Shown here in pieces: positions 47,472 to 60,662 of a DNA stretch of 64,000 nt. The notes beneath the pieces were generated by a model. The model worked only from the letters and a program-made list of their open reading frames with translations. It made no database searches and was not told the origin of the DNA. The stretch is from Selaginella moellendorffii (taxonomy: Eukaryota > Plantae > Lycopodiophyta): positions 506,859 through 570,858 of the forward strand of contig NW_003314307.1 in assembly GCF_000143415.4 (NCBI RefSeq), read 5' to 3'. Numbering within the stretch: the first letter of the stretch is position 1; every line of letters begins with the position of its first letter. The translations under genes were made by a program, and so were the position numbers.

Positions 47472-48768
47472 TTAGGGCACAAGGAGAGGGAGCTCCACGG
47501 TGTGGTGCTCTTGGATCTTCTGCGGCGATGGCGAGAAGAGCTCCAGCGGCGGGAGCTGCGCCTCGCCCGACACGACGCGGACGACCTCCGCCATGGACGG
47601 CCGCGACGCCGGCAGCCGCTGGATGCACTGGAGCGCCACCATGATGCACAGCGCCGCCTGCTCGCGCGAGAACTCCCCTCGCAGCGATGGATCCACGAGC
47701 TCCAGCACGTCCCCGTTGTGAACCAGGTGCCTCGCCCACGACGTGAGATTGGCGCGCTCGAATTCCACGCTCGGTGACACCACCTGGAGCGGCCTCCGCC
47801 CCGCCACGATCACCAGCACCAGCACTCCAAAGCTGTAGACGTCGCTCTTCTCGGACAGGATCCCGGCGCCGCCATACTCGGGCGCCGCGTAGCACACCGT
47901 CCCTCGCATGCTCGTCGTGCTGCTCACTGCCCCGCGGCTCCCCAGCTCGCCGCTCCATCTCTCCCGGCTCAGAGTTCTCTCCCTGGAGCGGAGCTCGCGG
48001 CTGAAGCTGTTGAGCTCGCCGCTAAAGTCGATCGTCCCGGAGTCACCCCGCCTGTGGATCCAGTGGAGTAAGTCGCCACTCCACCACTCTCGGCCTCCTC
48101 CTCCTCCACCCTGCGGCTGGTGCTGGTATTTGCTCGAGAGATCGCCGCTAAAGTCGAAGCTACACGAAGACAAGTCGCGGCTCCGGCTCTGCGAGGACAT
48201 CTTCTTGCCGCCTTTGAGCTCCCTGCTCTTGTTGCACAGGTCCTCGAGGTATTCCTCTCTCCACCATTCCCTGCTCTTGGTAAGATTTCCACTCACGTCC
48301 CTGCTCCTGTGCTGCTTTTTCTTTCTCTTCCATCGCTGGCGGATCCCGTGCTTGAATGGAAAGCACTTACCGAAGATTGAGAGCTGGAACGTTCTCATGG
48401 CTTGGATCCGGCTCCTTGAGCATTCTCGAACGCTGTTCTTCCCCTGGAAGGAGTTTCCGACGCTCGCGTCGCCCCAGTCCCTGCTCCTGGATCGCCCACT
48501 CTTCACCTGGCACGAGAGCCAATCCACCGTGTAGTCCTTGACAATCGCGTTGGTCTCGTCCCGCTCGTCTTGCTGCTTCCACCACCACTCTGTGCTTTTC
48601 CTCCTCTCCCTCCTGTGACCAACATTAATATTGTCACTCGCAGCTGCTGGACTAGAGACGACTTGGCTGGTCCCATCTTCATTTCTATCGGCCCCTAGAG
48701 ATCGTCGGCTTTCCACTTTCCAGCAAGCGCCATCAACTCGAGGGCTTGATGGTGGTGGCGGTGTGTTG

Positions 48769-48799
<31 letters not shown>

Positions 48800-49913
48800 C
48801 GCTCTCATTATGGAAAGAAAATCCCACCTCCTCCTCCTCCTCCCTCATTCCTCCAGCGCTCTTCTCCACGGTTTGGTCAACAACCATCGTTTCCACAACT
48901 TTAGCTGCCGCAGGAGGAAGCTGAGCCTTGACACCTTCCTCGCCTCCTTCGAATCCCCCTGACTGTTGCTGCTTGTCATCAATGCCGCTAGCCACTGGGT
49001 GTTGTGGAGCCCCTCTCACGCTACTCCCCGCCGACAAGCGCTTCTTCTTGCTGAGGGCATCCTTCCTCATCTTCTTCTTGTGATGCCACTTCTCGCTGTC
49101 CCTCACAAATCTTTCCACCTTCACCCTGTCGTGATCCTGCGCGGCCTCGCCATTAAGAAGAACGTCCTCGCTCCGGACGTCTGGGGCCGCCTCCGTCTTA
49201 ACTCTGGCCAGTCCGAAGTCGGCAAGCCTGGCGCAAAGCTTGTCGTCCAGAAGAACGTTGCTGGGCTTGATGTCGCCGTGGATGATTGGCGGCTCGCACC
49301 GAAAGTGGAGGAAGGCGAGCGCTTGGGCGATGTCGAGGATCACCTTGTAGCGCATCTTCCAGTCCAGCTCCACTGGGTAGCCGTCGTGGAAGAGGGCCTC
49401 CTGCAAGCTCCGGTTGGCCATGTACTCGTAGACCAGCAGCCTCTTCTTCCGCTCGGCGCAGTAGCCCATCAATCCGACAATGTGAGAACACCTGATACTG
49501 CCTATCACTGCCATCTCGTTCTGGAACTCTTTCTCCCCCTGGAGCGATGCCGAATCCAAGCTCTTGACTGCCACCACCTGGCCATTCCTTAGAACTCCCT
49601 TGTGCACCGGCCCAAACCCCCCTTGCCCGAGCTTGTTCTCGATGCTAAACGAGCCTGTGGCGGCCTTGAGCTCTCGGTAGGAGAACTTTTGGAGGCGAGG
49701 AACTGTTGCTGGATCGAAGGGGCTGGTCTTGCTCGACTTGAATCGGTAGTAGAGAAAGAGGACGCTGACGATGAACACCACCAGGAGAGTGACTCCGCCA
49801 CCGATCGCAAATGCGAGTATGAGAGCCATCTGTGGCGAGTGTGACGAACTGGTTGCTGGAAGAAACCGCTGGCGTCCTCCATGATCTGGAGGCGACTCCG
49901 AGAGAGCCCGCAT
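47472..49913 (-). CDS. Membrane-anchored receptor-like Ser/Thr kinase with a large activation-segment insert (RLCK-XI / At2g45590-like)
   Basis: TM helix, then GQGGFG, VAVK, HGDIKPSN and DFGLA; ~430-aa insert with EWW motifs; then SMRGTVCYAAPEY and DVYSFG. Confidence 0.93.
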
Positions 49914-50582
49914 CTTCTTCGCGACGAGAGAAGAGGGATGGGATGGAGCTCCGCCTTAGCGATCGCCAAACTTTGGAGCCATTCATCCACTCCTGCCTGG
50001 AAGACACTGCGTGAGAATCCAATGTAGCAACTTGAAATGGAGAGAAAGTCCTTGACACCACATGAATGGAGACGGGGATTTTGGGAGACGACAGGCAGGA
50101 GTAAATCAAATGCTGTCACTCAGGGAAAAAAACTTCCATCATCCATTAACTACGATAATGGATGAGAGAAAAAAAATCAAAAGAGAAGTATGGGATCGTG
50201 CTGGAACTAGACAAAGAGCGCTCTCTCTCTCTCTCTCTCTCCCGTCATTATCAATCCAGGAGCTGTCTGGAGCGACACTAGAAATCTCTGGAAAGAACCC
50301 TACCAGAAAGAAATGTGATCACGCATTTCCAGGCAGGAGGATGCATGTGACGATGATCCGGAGGGAAACAAATGCATCGATCGCGCTTTTCTTGGGAAAG
50401 AAAGAAATCACTGACCTCGGTCGGCACGCGCATTCGGCGCTGGATCGATCGATCGCCTCCAAAATGCGCTTCGGTTTGTCGCAGCGCCGCGAGAGGAAAA
50501 CCTAGAAATCTATGCGCAGCTCCATCTCATTGATATTCGCGCTTCTTTCTGGAATGGTAATAAATGTGAAAAATTGGAGTAT

Positions 50583-50654
50583 CGCCGTTGCCGGGGATCG
50601 AACCCGGGTCGTCCGTGTGACAGGCGGAAATACTCACCACTATACTACAACGAC
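50583..50654 (-). tRNA. tRNA-Asp (GTC)
   Basis: GTCGTTGTAGTATAGTGGTGAGTATTTCCGCCTGTCACACGGACGACCCGGGTTCGATCCCCGGCAACGGCG folds as a cloverleaf with A and B boxes and a downstream T5 terminator. Confidence 0.95.
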
Positions 50655-50713
50655 TTAGCGATAATGAAAGGGTGATTATACTAGTTTTAAATCTCCCTCG
50701 TTACTTTGCGGAT

Positions 50714-51789
50714 ATGGCTTCGTCGTGTTCTTGCGCTGTCGAAGCGCTCTGTGGAGCGATTCTTCACCAGCGATTCTTCCGTGCGCCGATCAATGCGTCT
50801 CCCTCCGGCGCCGATCACGGGCAGCGATTCAAGCTGGTAAATCTCAGGAATGCGGTGCTAGGGATGCGAGAATGCGAAATCCAGGCTGAGCGCCAGGGAT
50901 TTCGAGCCGCTAGGGCGAGTGTGGCAGCTGTAGCCGCCATCGCTTTGCTCTTTCCTGTCGATCCAGCCCTCGCATTCAAGGTATGGTCAGAATTTCTGGA
51001 AATCTTTAAGGATTTTTGGTCGCATTCCTCGATCGTGGATCTCAGTGTGCTTGGGAAAACACAGGGCGGTGGTCCGTATGGTTCCGAGGTCACGAGAGGG
51101 CAGGATCTCTCTGGAAAGGATTTTAGTGGCCGGGATCTCACTAAACAAGACTTCAAAACGGTAACTCTTCTCCATTTGCTTCATTGGAGCTACCAAAAAA
51201 CTGCATCGAGATAAACTTTGCAGTCGATTCTACGCCAGGCCAACTTCAAAGGAGCAAAACTATTCGGAGCTAGCTTCTTCGATGCAAATCTTACGGGTGA
51301 GCAAACTTGTATAAGATTTCTTCTCCTCACATTGGGATGGTTTCTTTTTTCCTTTGCTCTCTTCTTCTAGGGGCCGATTTTTCTGACGCAGATCTTCGTG
51401 GAGCAGACTTGTCCTTGGCCGATGCGACGAAGGTAGAATTCTTTTCAATTCTGTTTTTTGCTTACAAACGAGTAAGTTCTATTCCAGGCTAATTTCACAA
51501 ACGCCAACCTTGAAGGGGCTCTTGTCACAGGCAACACCTCTTTGAAGGGTGCAAACATAACTGGAGCGGGTACGTTACATTCTTACAGGCAGGGAGATTC
51601 TTACAGCCATGATTTGCATTTAGATTTTACGGATGTCTTGTGGAGAGAAGACCAGCGGAGTTATCTGTGCAGAATAGCTGATGGGTTAAGTACTTTATAA
51701 TGTTTGTTTTGTAAACTAATGTTGTGAGTACCAACAGGATCAACCCAGTCACAAGCAATTCCACAAGGGAGACGCTGCTTTGCGATTAA
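50714..51789 (+). CDS. Thylakoid lumenal 15 kDa pentapeptide-repeat protein (TL15 / At2g44920-like), 7 exons
   Basis: Transit peptide ending ALA, then FKGGGPYGSEVTRGQDLSGKDFSG..., A(D/N)LxG repeats and LCRIADGINPVTSNSTRETLLCD* after GT-AG splicing. Confidence 0.93.
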
Positions 51790-53259
51790 GTAAACTTTCT
51801 AGTAGAGTTTTGAATAATGCTGGTGAGCATTCAATAAATGATTGAAACATTTTGAAAAGATATACTTAATAATCTAATAACTATATTCTTTCATCAAAGA
51901 AAATAAGAATGCTAAAACATTAATAATCTAATAACTAGCTTCTTTTATCAAGAAAATAATCTCACTGGCGACTTAGGGTTAAGAGAACATAATCTATCTT
52001 AAGGGTAGTACTTTTGAAGTAGTTTAAGGGTGAGAGAAGGTGTAATGTTTAGTAAATTTGTATAAAAAAGGCTGGTTGCAATGGCCAATCAAGATGAATG
52101 TTAGAATCCTAATGATGATGGTAGTGTTGATTAATAGAGATGCTAAGTTTTGGTATCCATGATGTTGTACATGAATTGCAAGCCCTTAACAAGAATTTGC
52201 AAAAGATGTATGGCATGATTGCTCTGATGCATAGATGCACTCAAGGTTTGAGGGTGATGCTCTATACAAGATTTCTCTAGTGGATTGATTCAAGATTCCA
52301 CCTTTTTCTAGTGATAGCAATAGACTAGTTATCTCCCAATTAGAGTTCCCGCACTTTTACAAAGTTTTTCCATTTCCAGTTGTATGTCTAGAGCTCTTCT
52401 TAGTGATGGTTTAATCCATACTATTATTGATCTATATTCTTAAAAATCTTCAAATCTAGAGTTAGGGAACTGATGCTGGGTAGAGTCGATGGATAAGAGC
52501 TATTAAAAGAGGCTATTCATTAGAGAAGCTCTCTATGAAAATCAGGAATGCAATTGAAGAATAACAATATAAAGGAAAAAAGCTTGCAAAGTTTGGTCTT
52601 CTAAGATTAGCTCTTTGATCAAAATTAAAGAGGAGTTTTCACAGAAAAGCTTAAAGAGGTCATTTTTCTTTACTTTGCTTTACAGAGCTTAGCGTATCCA
52701 AGCATGAAATCGAAAAGCAACTTGCACAGCACTTCATGCATTGGCCAGCAACATACTGCAACCTGCCAGCGTACTAAAGGGCTTCAGAATTCAAAGAGCA
52801 TCTTAGAGAGCATTCACCACAGCCAGAAATATTGCCATACTGGATGGTCATTGTTGGAAGATATAAAAAGAATTCCCTACAACTATACATGCAACTAGAA
52901 GAGTTGTCCAGAGCAACAGTACAAATCACTAGACAGTTTGTCTCAGAGCCAGGATCCAGGAGGTACAATTGAGCATTCTATTATTTTCATTTGATCATGT
53001 AGAAAAAAACCTTACCACAATGGTGCCAAGCAAGGAGTAAAGAGAAAGGCTCCCACTCAATGTACCTGTAATGCCAAGGTATTATCAAAATTACAATTAA
53101 AAGCAATTGAGCTTACACTTCTTTTTCTTATAGCATGTACACAACGATCAAGATGTTCCCAACAATGAGGATCAATCTGAGCATGAAGAACAGGAGTAGC
53201 TTGAAATTGAGAGTAGACCAATAGTCCTGAAGCAAAAGCGAGTGAAGTCTAGAAAGGTG

Positions 53260-54930
53260 ACAAATGTATGAACATGGACTAATGAACAGCTTTGTGAAGC
53301 CATGGAAGCTGTAAACAGTGGTCAGCTATCAGAGAGGAAGGCTGCTATAGACGTTGGGATACCTTGTTCTTGGGTGGCTGAGAAGAGGAAGGGTATGAGA
53401 CCTGGTCCATCAACAATGCTCTCTACATCTGAAGAAGAGACACTCCTTGTTGTGTTGAAAGTTAGAGCAGAAGTTGGCTACCCTATGACACAAAGTGAGC
53501 TCAAAGATGCAGTAGCAAGCATTGTATCAACAAGAGATATCACCTAGAATTCTAGTCGTAAATGGTGTAGACTATTCATGAGGAAGCATCCAGACATAAA
53601 ATTCAAGACTGCTCAAGCTTTGGAACTACAACAAGCTAAGAATCTGTATCAACCTATTGCTCAACGCTTATACAATCAGAAGCTACATACCTTGTGAACA
53701 AGTACAAAGCCAGCAACATTTGGAATGCCAACAGGACTAGCGTTCATGCTAGTCAAAATGGACGTGCCCAAAGTCTTGGCAACGAATGGAATGCAGAGTT
53801 GTTCCAAGTAACACTGAACAAATCACCATTCTAGCTATTGTGAGTGCAGAGAAAGTATCATTACCTAGTTTCTAAATCTTCCAAGGGGAGTGCCACATGC
53901 AAAATTGGATATCTGGCTGCGAACCTGGAGCGATGTTTGCAATTACTCTAAAGGCTTGGATGTTAAATGATTTGTGGCTTCACCACTTTGTGAAACACAT
54001 GCTTAGTGGCTGCTCAAGTGAAAACAGGCATGCTCTCATCATTGACAGTCACGGTTTTCATTGCTCCTGGCATGCCCAAAGATTTTGGGATTGATATCAT
54101 CCTCCTACCAGCACACTCATCACACAAGCTACAACTTCTGGATGTGAGTTGTTTTGGCCCATTCAAGACTTACTTTCAACAAGCTATCATGAGTTGGGAG
54201 CACAAGCATCAAATAAGGATCTTGCAACATTATCTAGCAAGGTAATGGCTTGAGCAATGGCTGAAAACATCAAGGCTGGGTTTAGAGCAACAAGGATATG
54301 ACCACTAAATAAGGAGGCAATGAACTCTCACTTTGGTCTAGGTACTCTACACTCAACAAGCTTGGATGACTTTGATGTGAATGCAATTCTACAATAGGGG
54401 TTCCAACTCCAATAGTGCTGGCATCATTAGCTCTAACAAATAATGATCAATTGGCAAATGTGTCACATCTTGCAAATAGTGATGAACAAGCAAGAATGTC
54501 ATAGTTGCCTGCCAACCTTCTTATGCCGCCATTCTAAGTTCCACTTCCTAGACCAAGTGCTGTGTTACAAGCATCAGTTAGATCAATTTTGACCAGCGAG
54601 ACATACACTCAAATCCTAAGCACTCTTTAAGCTGAAAAAAGAGTACAAAAAAACTGAGAAGATCAAGGAGAAAAAAGCCAAACAAAAGAAGAAGAAAGAT
54701 GTTATTAAGAGGAAACAAGAGGCAGCAGCAAAAAGAAGACTTGAATCAACAAGAAAAAAAATGGAGAAGCAAGTAGAAATAACAACATAATAGAGGGAAC
54801 ATGAAGAAAATTAAAAAGAGAAAGTAGCTAAGGCTGCAAGGCTAAAGTAATCTTATGAAGAAGCAATAATGAAGAAAAGGAAGAAAAAAAGGAAGAAAAA
54901 ATTTAAAAGAAAAAAAACTGGACAAGCACA
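53260..54930 (+). pseudogene. Degenerate pogo/Fot1-like (HTH + DDE_1) transposase
   Basis: WTNEQLCEAMEAV..LSERKAA..GIP (psq-like HTH), FMRKHPDI, LIIDSHGFH, LLPAHSSHKLQLLDVSCFGPFK and a Lys/Glu-rich tail; many stops and frameshifts. Confidence 0.85.
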
Positions 54931-55324
54931 AGGTAATTGATATCTATTTCTATAACTTGATACTTATTTGATTTGGCAGTCATTCCACTCCCTCCCACTT
55001 TAGCCCAGTAAAGTGGCTGGCCTGTTATAACAAGGCATGGCCTGTTTTAGGACCACCAGACCTGAAATGAATCTTGAACATTATGAATGAATATAGATTA
55101 TTTTTGACTTATTTTCTATAAAAAAAATTGTTTTTCATATGTCTTGTATAATCACTACTTTACAAAAGATTAATGTACAAAACTTTCATAAAAAATATAT
55201 AAAACTCCATAATAGGGCTATTATTAGACCCCTTACCTTAGTGTTTACAAAAAATATTATACACTCATATGTGTTTTTCAAGATTTGATATGTGTACACA
55301 AGTGTGTGCCAAGTTTGTAACATA

Positions 55325-55901
55325 TGTAGCTTTCATCCTTTATCCTATGATGATTTACCATAGAATAACCATAAAGTAGAACTTAAACCCTTTATATACC
55401 ACATATCATATGCCACATGTTTAAAGACAGTGGAGCCAAACCTGAGTTTCAGGGCTTTAGACCATTGAATAAAGGTATAGAGCTAAACTCCCAAGCTTGC
55501 AACTAAGGAGTGAAGATATTGGAATATGGAACAATTCTCAAGCGTTTAGCCCAAGGAGTGAAGGGACAGGAGCATGGAGTAATATTGAAAAAGTTTTAGA
55601 GATTCTAGCATCCCAATGCTAAGACCAACATGCAAAATAAAGTTTAGCAAAGTCTAATGCAATTTTAGTATACTGATGGCCTAATGTGAGGGCATAGGTA
55701 CTTTACCAGCTAACATGGTGTGGAATTTGGGCTTAGACCCAAGCTAAACGCAGAACAAAGATAAATATGTAAATGGGAGCTAGATTATACTTCAGGTTGA
55801 TCAGCTATACCCAACTTACCCACTATGCCTATGGTACATTTGGAACCCCCTACAGCCCTCTCTTTGAAGAATATACATTTTGGGCTTTCACCCTTAGCCA
55901 C
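55325..55901 (-). repeat. Old degenerate family A LTR fragment, interrupted by A2
   Basis: Diverged match to 2057-2655; cut at GCCAC|TGTCGC. Confidence 0.8.
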
Positions 55902-58900
55902 TGTCGCAAATGTGACTTCGGGTATCGAAATTTACCTGTTGACCAGTCCTTACGGACACTCTTACCTTACTGTCACGATGGCAAAAGGTCGGTATTGCTG
56001 GTCCCTTTTATGGTCTCCACTCAAGCTAGTTAAGAAACTGGTCATCGTGTGTGTACTTGACCAGATGAGCATAAGGACGGAATTCTACGTGCTATTTGTC
56101 AAACATACTTGACCTGGTTAGAGAAACTCATTCGTTGACTTGCACTTGCTAGTGTTGGGAACCCCCGTGATATTGAGACTAGTCCCTCAATATTCGCTAA
56201 TGATAGTTTACCATGTCTGCCAAACACCTTTGCTATCATGCCCTTTGTGTTAGTCTCATTTTGGTCCCAAGTGCTATTTATGGAAAGTGTCTAGATTAGC
56301 TCATTTGGCATATCTATGAAATGTAGAGATCAGCTTGAACACAATGGTGTTCGTCTCGTGTCCAAATTTGCAATATAGCGCTATTCCATATTTAGTAAGT
56401 TTCAGACTTGTCCTAGAGACTAACTCCTGATACTAAGGGAGGCTTGGGGTGAAAGCCCAAAGCATGTGTGCGGGGAGGGGGGGGGTTGTGGGGGGTTCCA
56501 AATGTATAATAGGGCTAGTGGGTAGGTTGGGCATGGCCGACCAACCTGAGGCATAGTTTAGCTCTTGCTTGCATGCCTGTCCTTGTTCTGCATCTAGCTT
56601 GGGTCTAAGCCCAAGTTCCATTCCATACTAGCTGGTGGAGTACCCATGTCCTTACGTTAGGCCACCGGTATGCCGAAATAGCGCCAAACTCTGTTTGGCT
56701 CTATTTTGCGTGTTAGTCCTAGCATTGGGATGCTAATTACTCTAGGACTGTTCTAAGTCGCTCCAGGTTCCTGTCCCTTCGCTCTTTGGGTTGAATACTC
56801 GGGAGTTGCTCCGTGGTTCAGTTCCATCACTCCTTGGCTCCATGCTTAGGAGTTTGGCACCTTTCCTTTGTTCAGTGGCCTAAGGCCCTGAATCTCGAGT
56901 TTCGCACCACGTTCCTTTGGACATGTGGCATGTGACATGTGGCATTTGTCACGTGGCACATAGAGGGTTTAGGTTCTGCTCCGTGGTGTAATCCTATGGT
57001 AAATCACCATAGGATAAAGGGTCAAAACCACGTGCGCTACATTTGGTATCAGAGGATGAGTCTTGGCGAGTACTATCCAATGAGATTGGGCAACTAATCT
57101 TGTTATATACGCAGAGATGAAAATGATGATCTAAGTGGGTACACGTTTGGGTGCAAAGGCTTCGCAATCATTCTTTGGGTATGGATTTGGTTACCTTGTT
57201 GTACTTTATGATGTGAGCTTGCTCTTCGGCTCGTAGGATGGATTGAGTTGTTCTATTTCACATGAGTTTGTGCTTGGGCTCATGAGTGAGGCACATTAGC
57301 AACTCGAGGTTACACTTTGAGTTGGCAGAATTAATGTTAGCCTATCGGTGGTTACATGAGTTGTTCCATGTACCATGGGTGAAAGCAAACCTCCCTGGGT
57401 TTGCTATGAGTGGCAAATAGGCTGGTCCGTAGTTATTTAGCACGGCACTAGTGGATCCTTCTAGGCATGATTACAAGTGGATCAATCAAGACTATAAAGA
57501 TTAGTCTATTGGTTCAAGTAGTCATTGCTGTGCTCTCTCATAAATTTTTCTTGGATTGGACTGAAGGCAGTGCGAAAGCAAGCTTGAGGTTTAGTCAAAG
57601 ATGAAACCGAAAAGAGAGTCATCAGGGACGGAGGATCAAACACGTAAATCATTTTCTCTTCTTGAAGAAATGATTTGCAACGAGGTGTTAACTCATTGCT
57701 CGTGTTCACATCATGTAATCAAGAATTCCTATTTTGATGCATGTTGGAGATGATGGTCTTACAATGGTGAGTTGTGGGATGGATAGCGGTGATGCATTAT
57801 ACCATTTTATCTAGGCTTGCTATTGGAAGACTTGGATTGCAATGCTCAATTCTTTTCCGGGGAACCTTGCTATTGGTCCTTGAGTAGCTTGGTGTTGGAT
57901 TAGTGTTGAGTTTGGTCGGATAGAGAGTGGCATGAGTTTGTCCATGTTGTGAACAAAAGTTAATGGTGTTTAGTGTTGTAAATTTCTATCGGTGGAGTGT
58001 GGCATTTATGTTGCATTTTGTCGAATTGAGTTTGCACTTGATACTCACATAAACCTTTGAAGTAATGACATAGACATTGCTCGTGGTGTTGCTCAATTGA
58101 TGATTAAGTCATTGTGATTTCTATATCATATCCATGTGATAATGAGCAATGTGTTTACGAAGTTGCTTGGTTAAACAATGATCAACCCAAAGTGGTTGAT
58201 AGTGAAGCTAATTTACTTGCATGAAGTAGCATTGTAGTAGCTTTGACTGGATTCTCAATAGTGATTTATGATATGTTAAGCTTAAGATGGTACCTTGTTT
58301 CCTTGAGGGTTTGGCCATAAGGTGTGGAAAGGGTTATAGCATTCACTTGCTGTGGCTTGTTGGTTGATCCATTAACACTTGGAGTAAATTATTGGATGGA
58401 GTAAGTGTAAAGTTTGAGGCATTGACATCGTTAGCACTTGTGTTAGTGGAAGTGGCATTGTTGATTTGAGTGATGAGGAATTTTCCTTAGGCCTTGATTT
58501 TCTATATCATTTTTCTTGACTTCACATTAGATCTTGAAGGTAATTGAAGAAGAGTGTTAGTGTAATATGGATATCCGAAGATGTGGTCTTCGTGATCAAG
58601 CTTTAAATGTTCATTTTGCATTTTACGGATATCGGTGTTAAATGTCGGATATATGGGCAAAAGATGTTCAATACTTAAGCATATTATGGGTCTTGAGAAT
58701 TTGTGTTAAGGTGAACCTATGTGAAGTTGTAGGTAGGAGGAAGTTGGTTGAGTTTTGAAAGTTTGCATTTCTGGACTGAGAGTCATTCTTTCTTTAGGAT
58801 GGAATTTTCCACAAATTTTCTTAGGTTTATCCAATGGCTGATCTATTGATCACTTTGTTCGGAAATCATTCCGTTTTCGTAAGCCAGTACAAACTAGTGA

Positions 58901-60662
58901 AGGGGTTGGAGTTAACTTCTGTTAGCTTAGATCTTAGTAGATAATTTGTATAATGCGGCCCGAAAGAGATGCTAACTTTGGGACTAAGGCAATTGAGTTA
59001 AATAGAGTTTGGAGTTTGTGTAAAAAAGTGGCCGTTGCACTTTTCTAAGAAAAGTGACCCTTGTGCCTTTCTTCTGTAGCATTGTGCTTGGTGGCAGGTT
59101 GCACCTTGCATTTCATTAAACTCTATGAGAGTAATGAGCTCTCACTAATCTTGACTTAGTCTTGGTGGCCCTGTGCCTTGGTTGAGGATGGTGATGTCCA
59201 ACTTAGTTGTTTACAGTTGAGATGTTAATACCCGTATTATAGCTTTGTTTATAAGGAGGTTGTGTACCGATATGAGTTCATCTCATGGTCTTCACTTTAG
59301 TTTCACTGAGTGTTGATCATGTATAGCTAGCCTCTTCAAAGCATGCTTAGAGCTAGTGGCTAAATGTATTAGTGAGCTTATTGTGGTTGAGTTGGATTCG
59401 AGTGGTCATTTAGTTCGTGCTTGTCCATGAATCTTTATCTCAATCTAGGATATTATGTTCATGTTGGCTAAGTATATGACTCGATGGCATAAGTTTAGTG
59501 TTGGGTCTGGTGAAGGCAAATTGAAGAGTGATTGTTAGTTGCTATGCAACTAGTGATTACTTGTAGACTTTGTCAAAGGCTTTTGACACTTGCTTCACTT
59601 GATAATGATTTAGCAGTGGTGGGCTTGCTTTACCAGATAGTGTTACGGAGGATCGTGTCATTAGACTTATATGGTTTTCCATGTTAGTATGTTGACTCTA
59701 CCTCTGTCAATACCATTTGGTTGCATTTAGTTCATAGTATTGGATTTCATTGAGTCTTGGACGTGGCGAATCACTCCTTGATGAAGTGTTATCTATAGCT
59801 AAATGTTGTTGAAAGATTAGTCTCGGATACTGAGTATAGTATTTTCGACTTTGGTTAACTTGGTTGCTAGAAAGTTTTGGGTGGTGATTCACTCTTGCTT
59901 TCTTCTAGCTTTGTTCTGGTGTTGATGGCATTGAAGTGATGCCTTGTCATTTACATTGTTAATGTTGAGATTTAAGTGAAATGAGATGTCTCTCCTTAAA
60001 ATTGATGTTGAGTTTCATTATTCTCAATAGAGATAGTGTTGATAATTTGGTTGTAGCTTTGTGTTATTAACATTTGCGCATTTGCTAGTTAGCAATTATG
60101 TTGACGTTCAAAAGAAATGAGTGGCAAGTTTGAGTTAGTTGTGTTCTAGATGAGATTATTTAGTAGGGGTTGAGCTTTAGCTTTTCCTTGAAAAGTGATT
60201 CAGTTGTGGACTATACTAACTCTACAAGCGGAAGAGTTAGTGATCGGTATTGAAGTGATTGAATCCTGTTGAATTTCAATTGAGATTTATTGATCATTAA
60301 TTATTCTTCTTGTGCTTGTTATAAAGTGAGTTACATCTTGTTATAGATGGATTCATAGAGGATCATTTAGTGATCACTTGTTGAGCATAGCTTTGTTATG
60401 TTTAGTTTTTGGATTGATGCAAACATGCTCTTCATTAGCTTTGCATTATGAAGTCTAGCTTATGGATGTGTTGAGGAGGATATTGTGGGTTATACCATGA
60501 TTTCTTCTTTAGCATTGAAATTAGTTCATGCAAAGACTTGTGATCATTGTTAAACGAGACTTGGTTATAGACTTCTTCAAACTTTTGGTTCTTTGAGCTT
60601 TTATGCTCATTGTTCCATTTGTTAGGAGTTGTTGGGGAAGACATTTTTGACTTGTTATCTTC
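55902..60662 (+). mobile_element. Family A element A2 (5' LTR 55902-57041, PBS at 57044, non-coding internal region interrupted at 60663)
   Basis: TGTCGC...GCTACA then TTTGGTATCAGAG; T/G-rich internal region without long ORFs. Confidence 0.88.

Noticed and set aside
52000-52560. Possible hAT-like transposase remnant (DVVHELQALNKNLQK)
   Set aside because: Too short and degenerate to support without a search.
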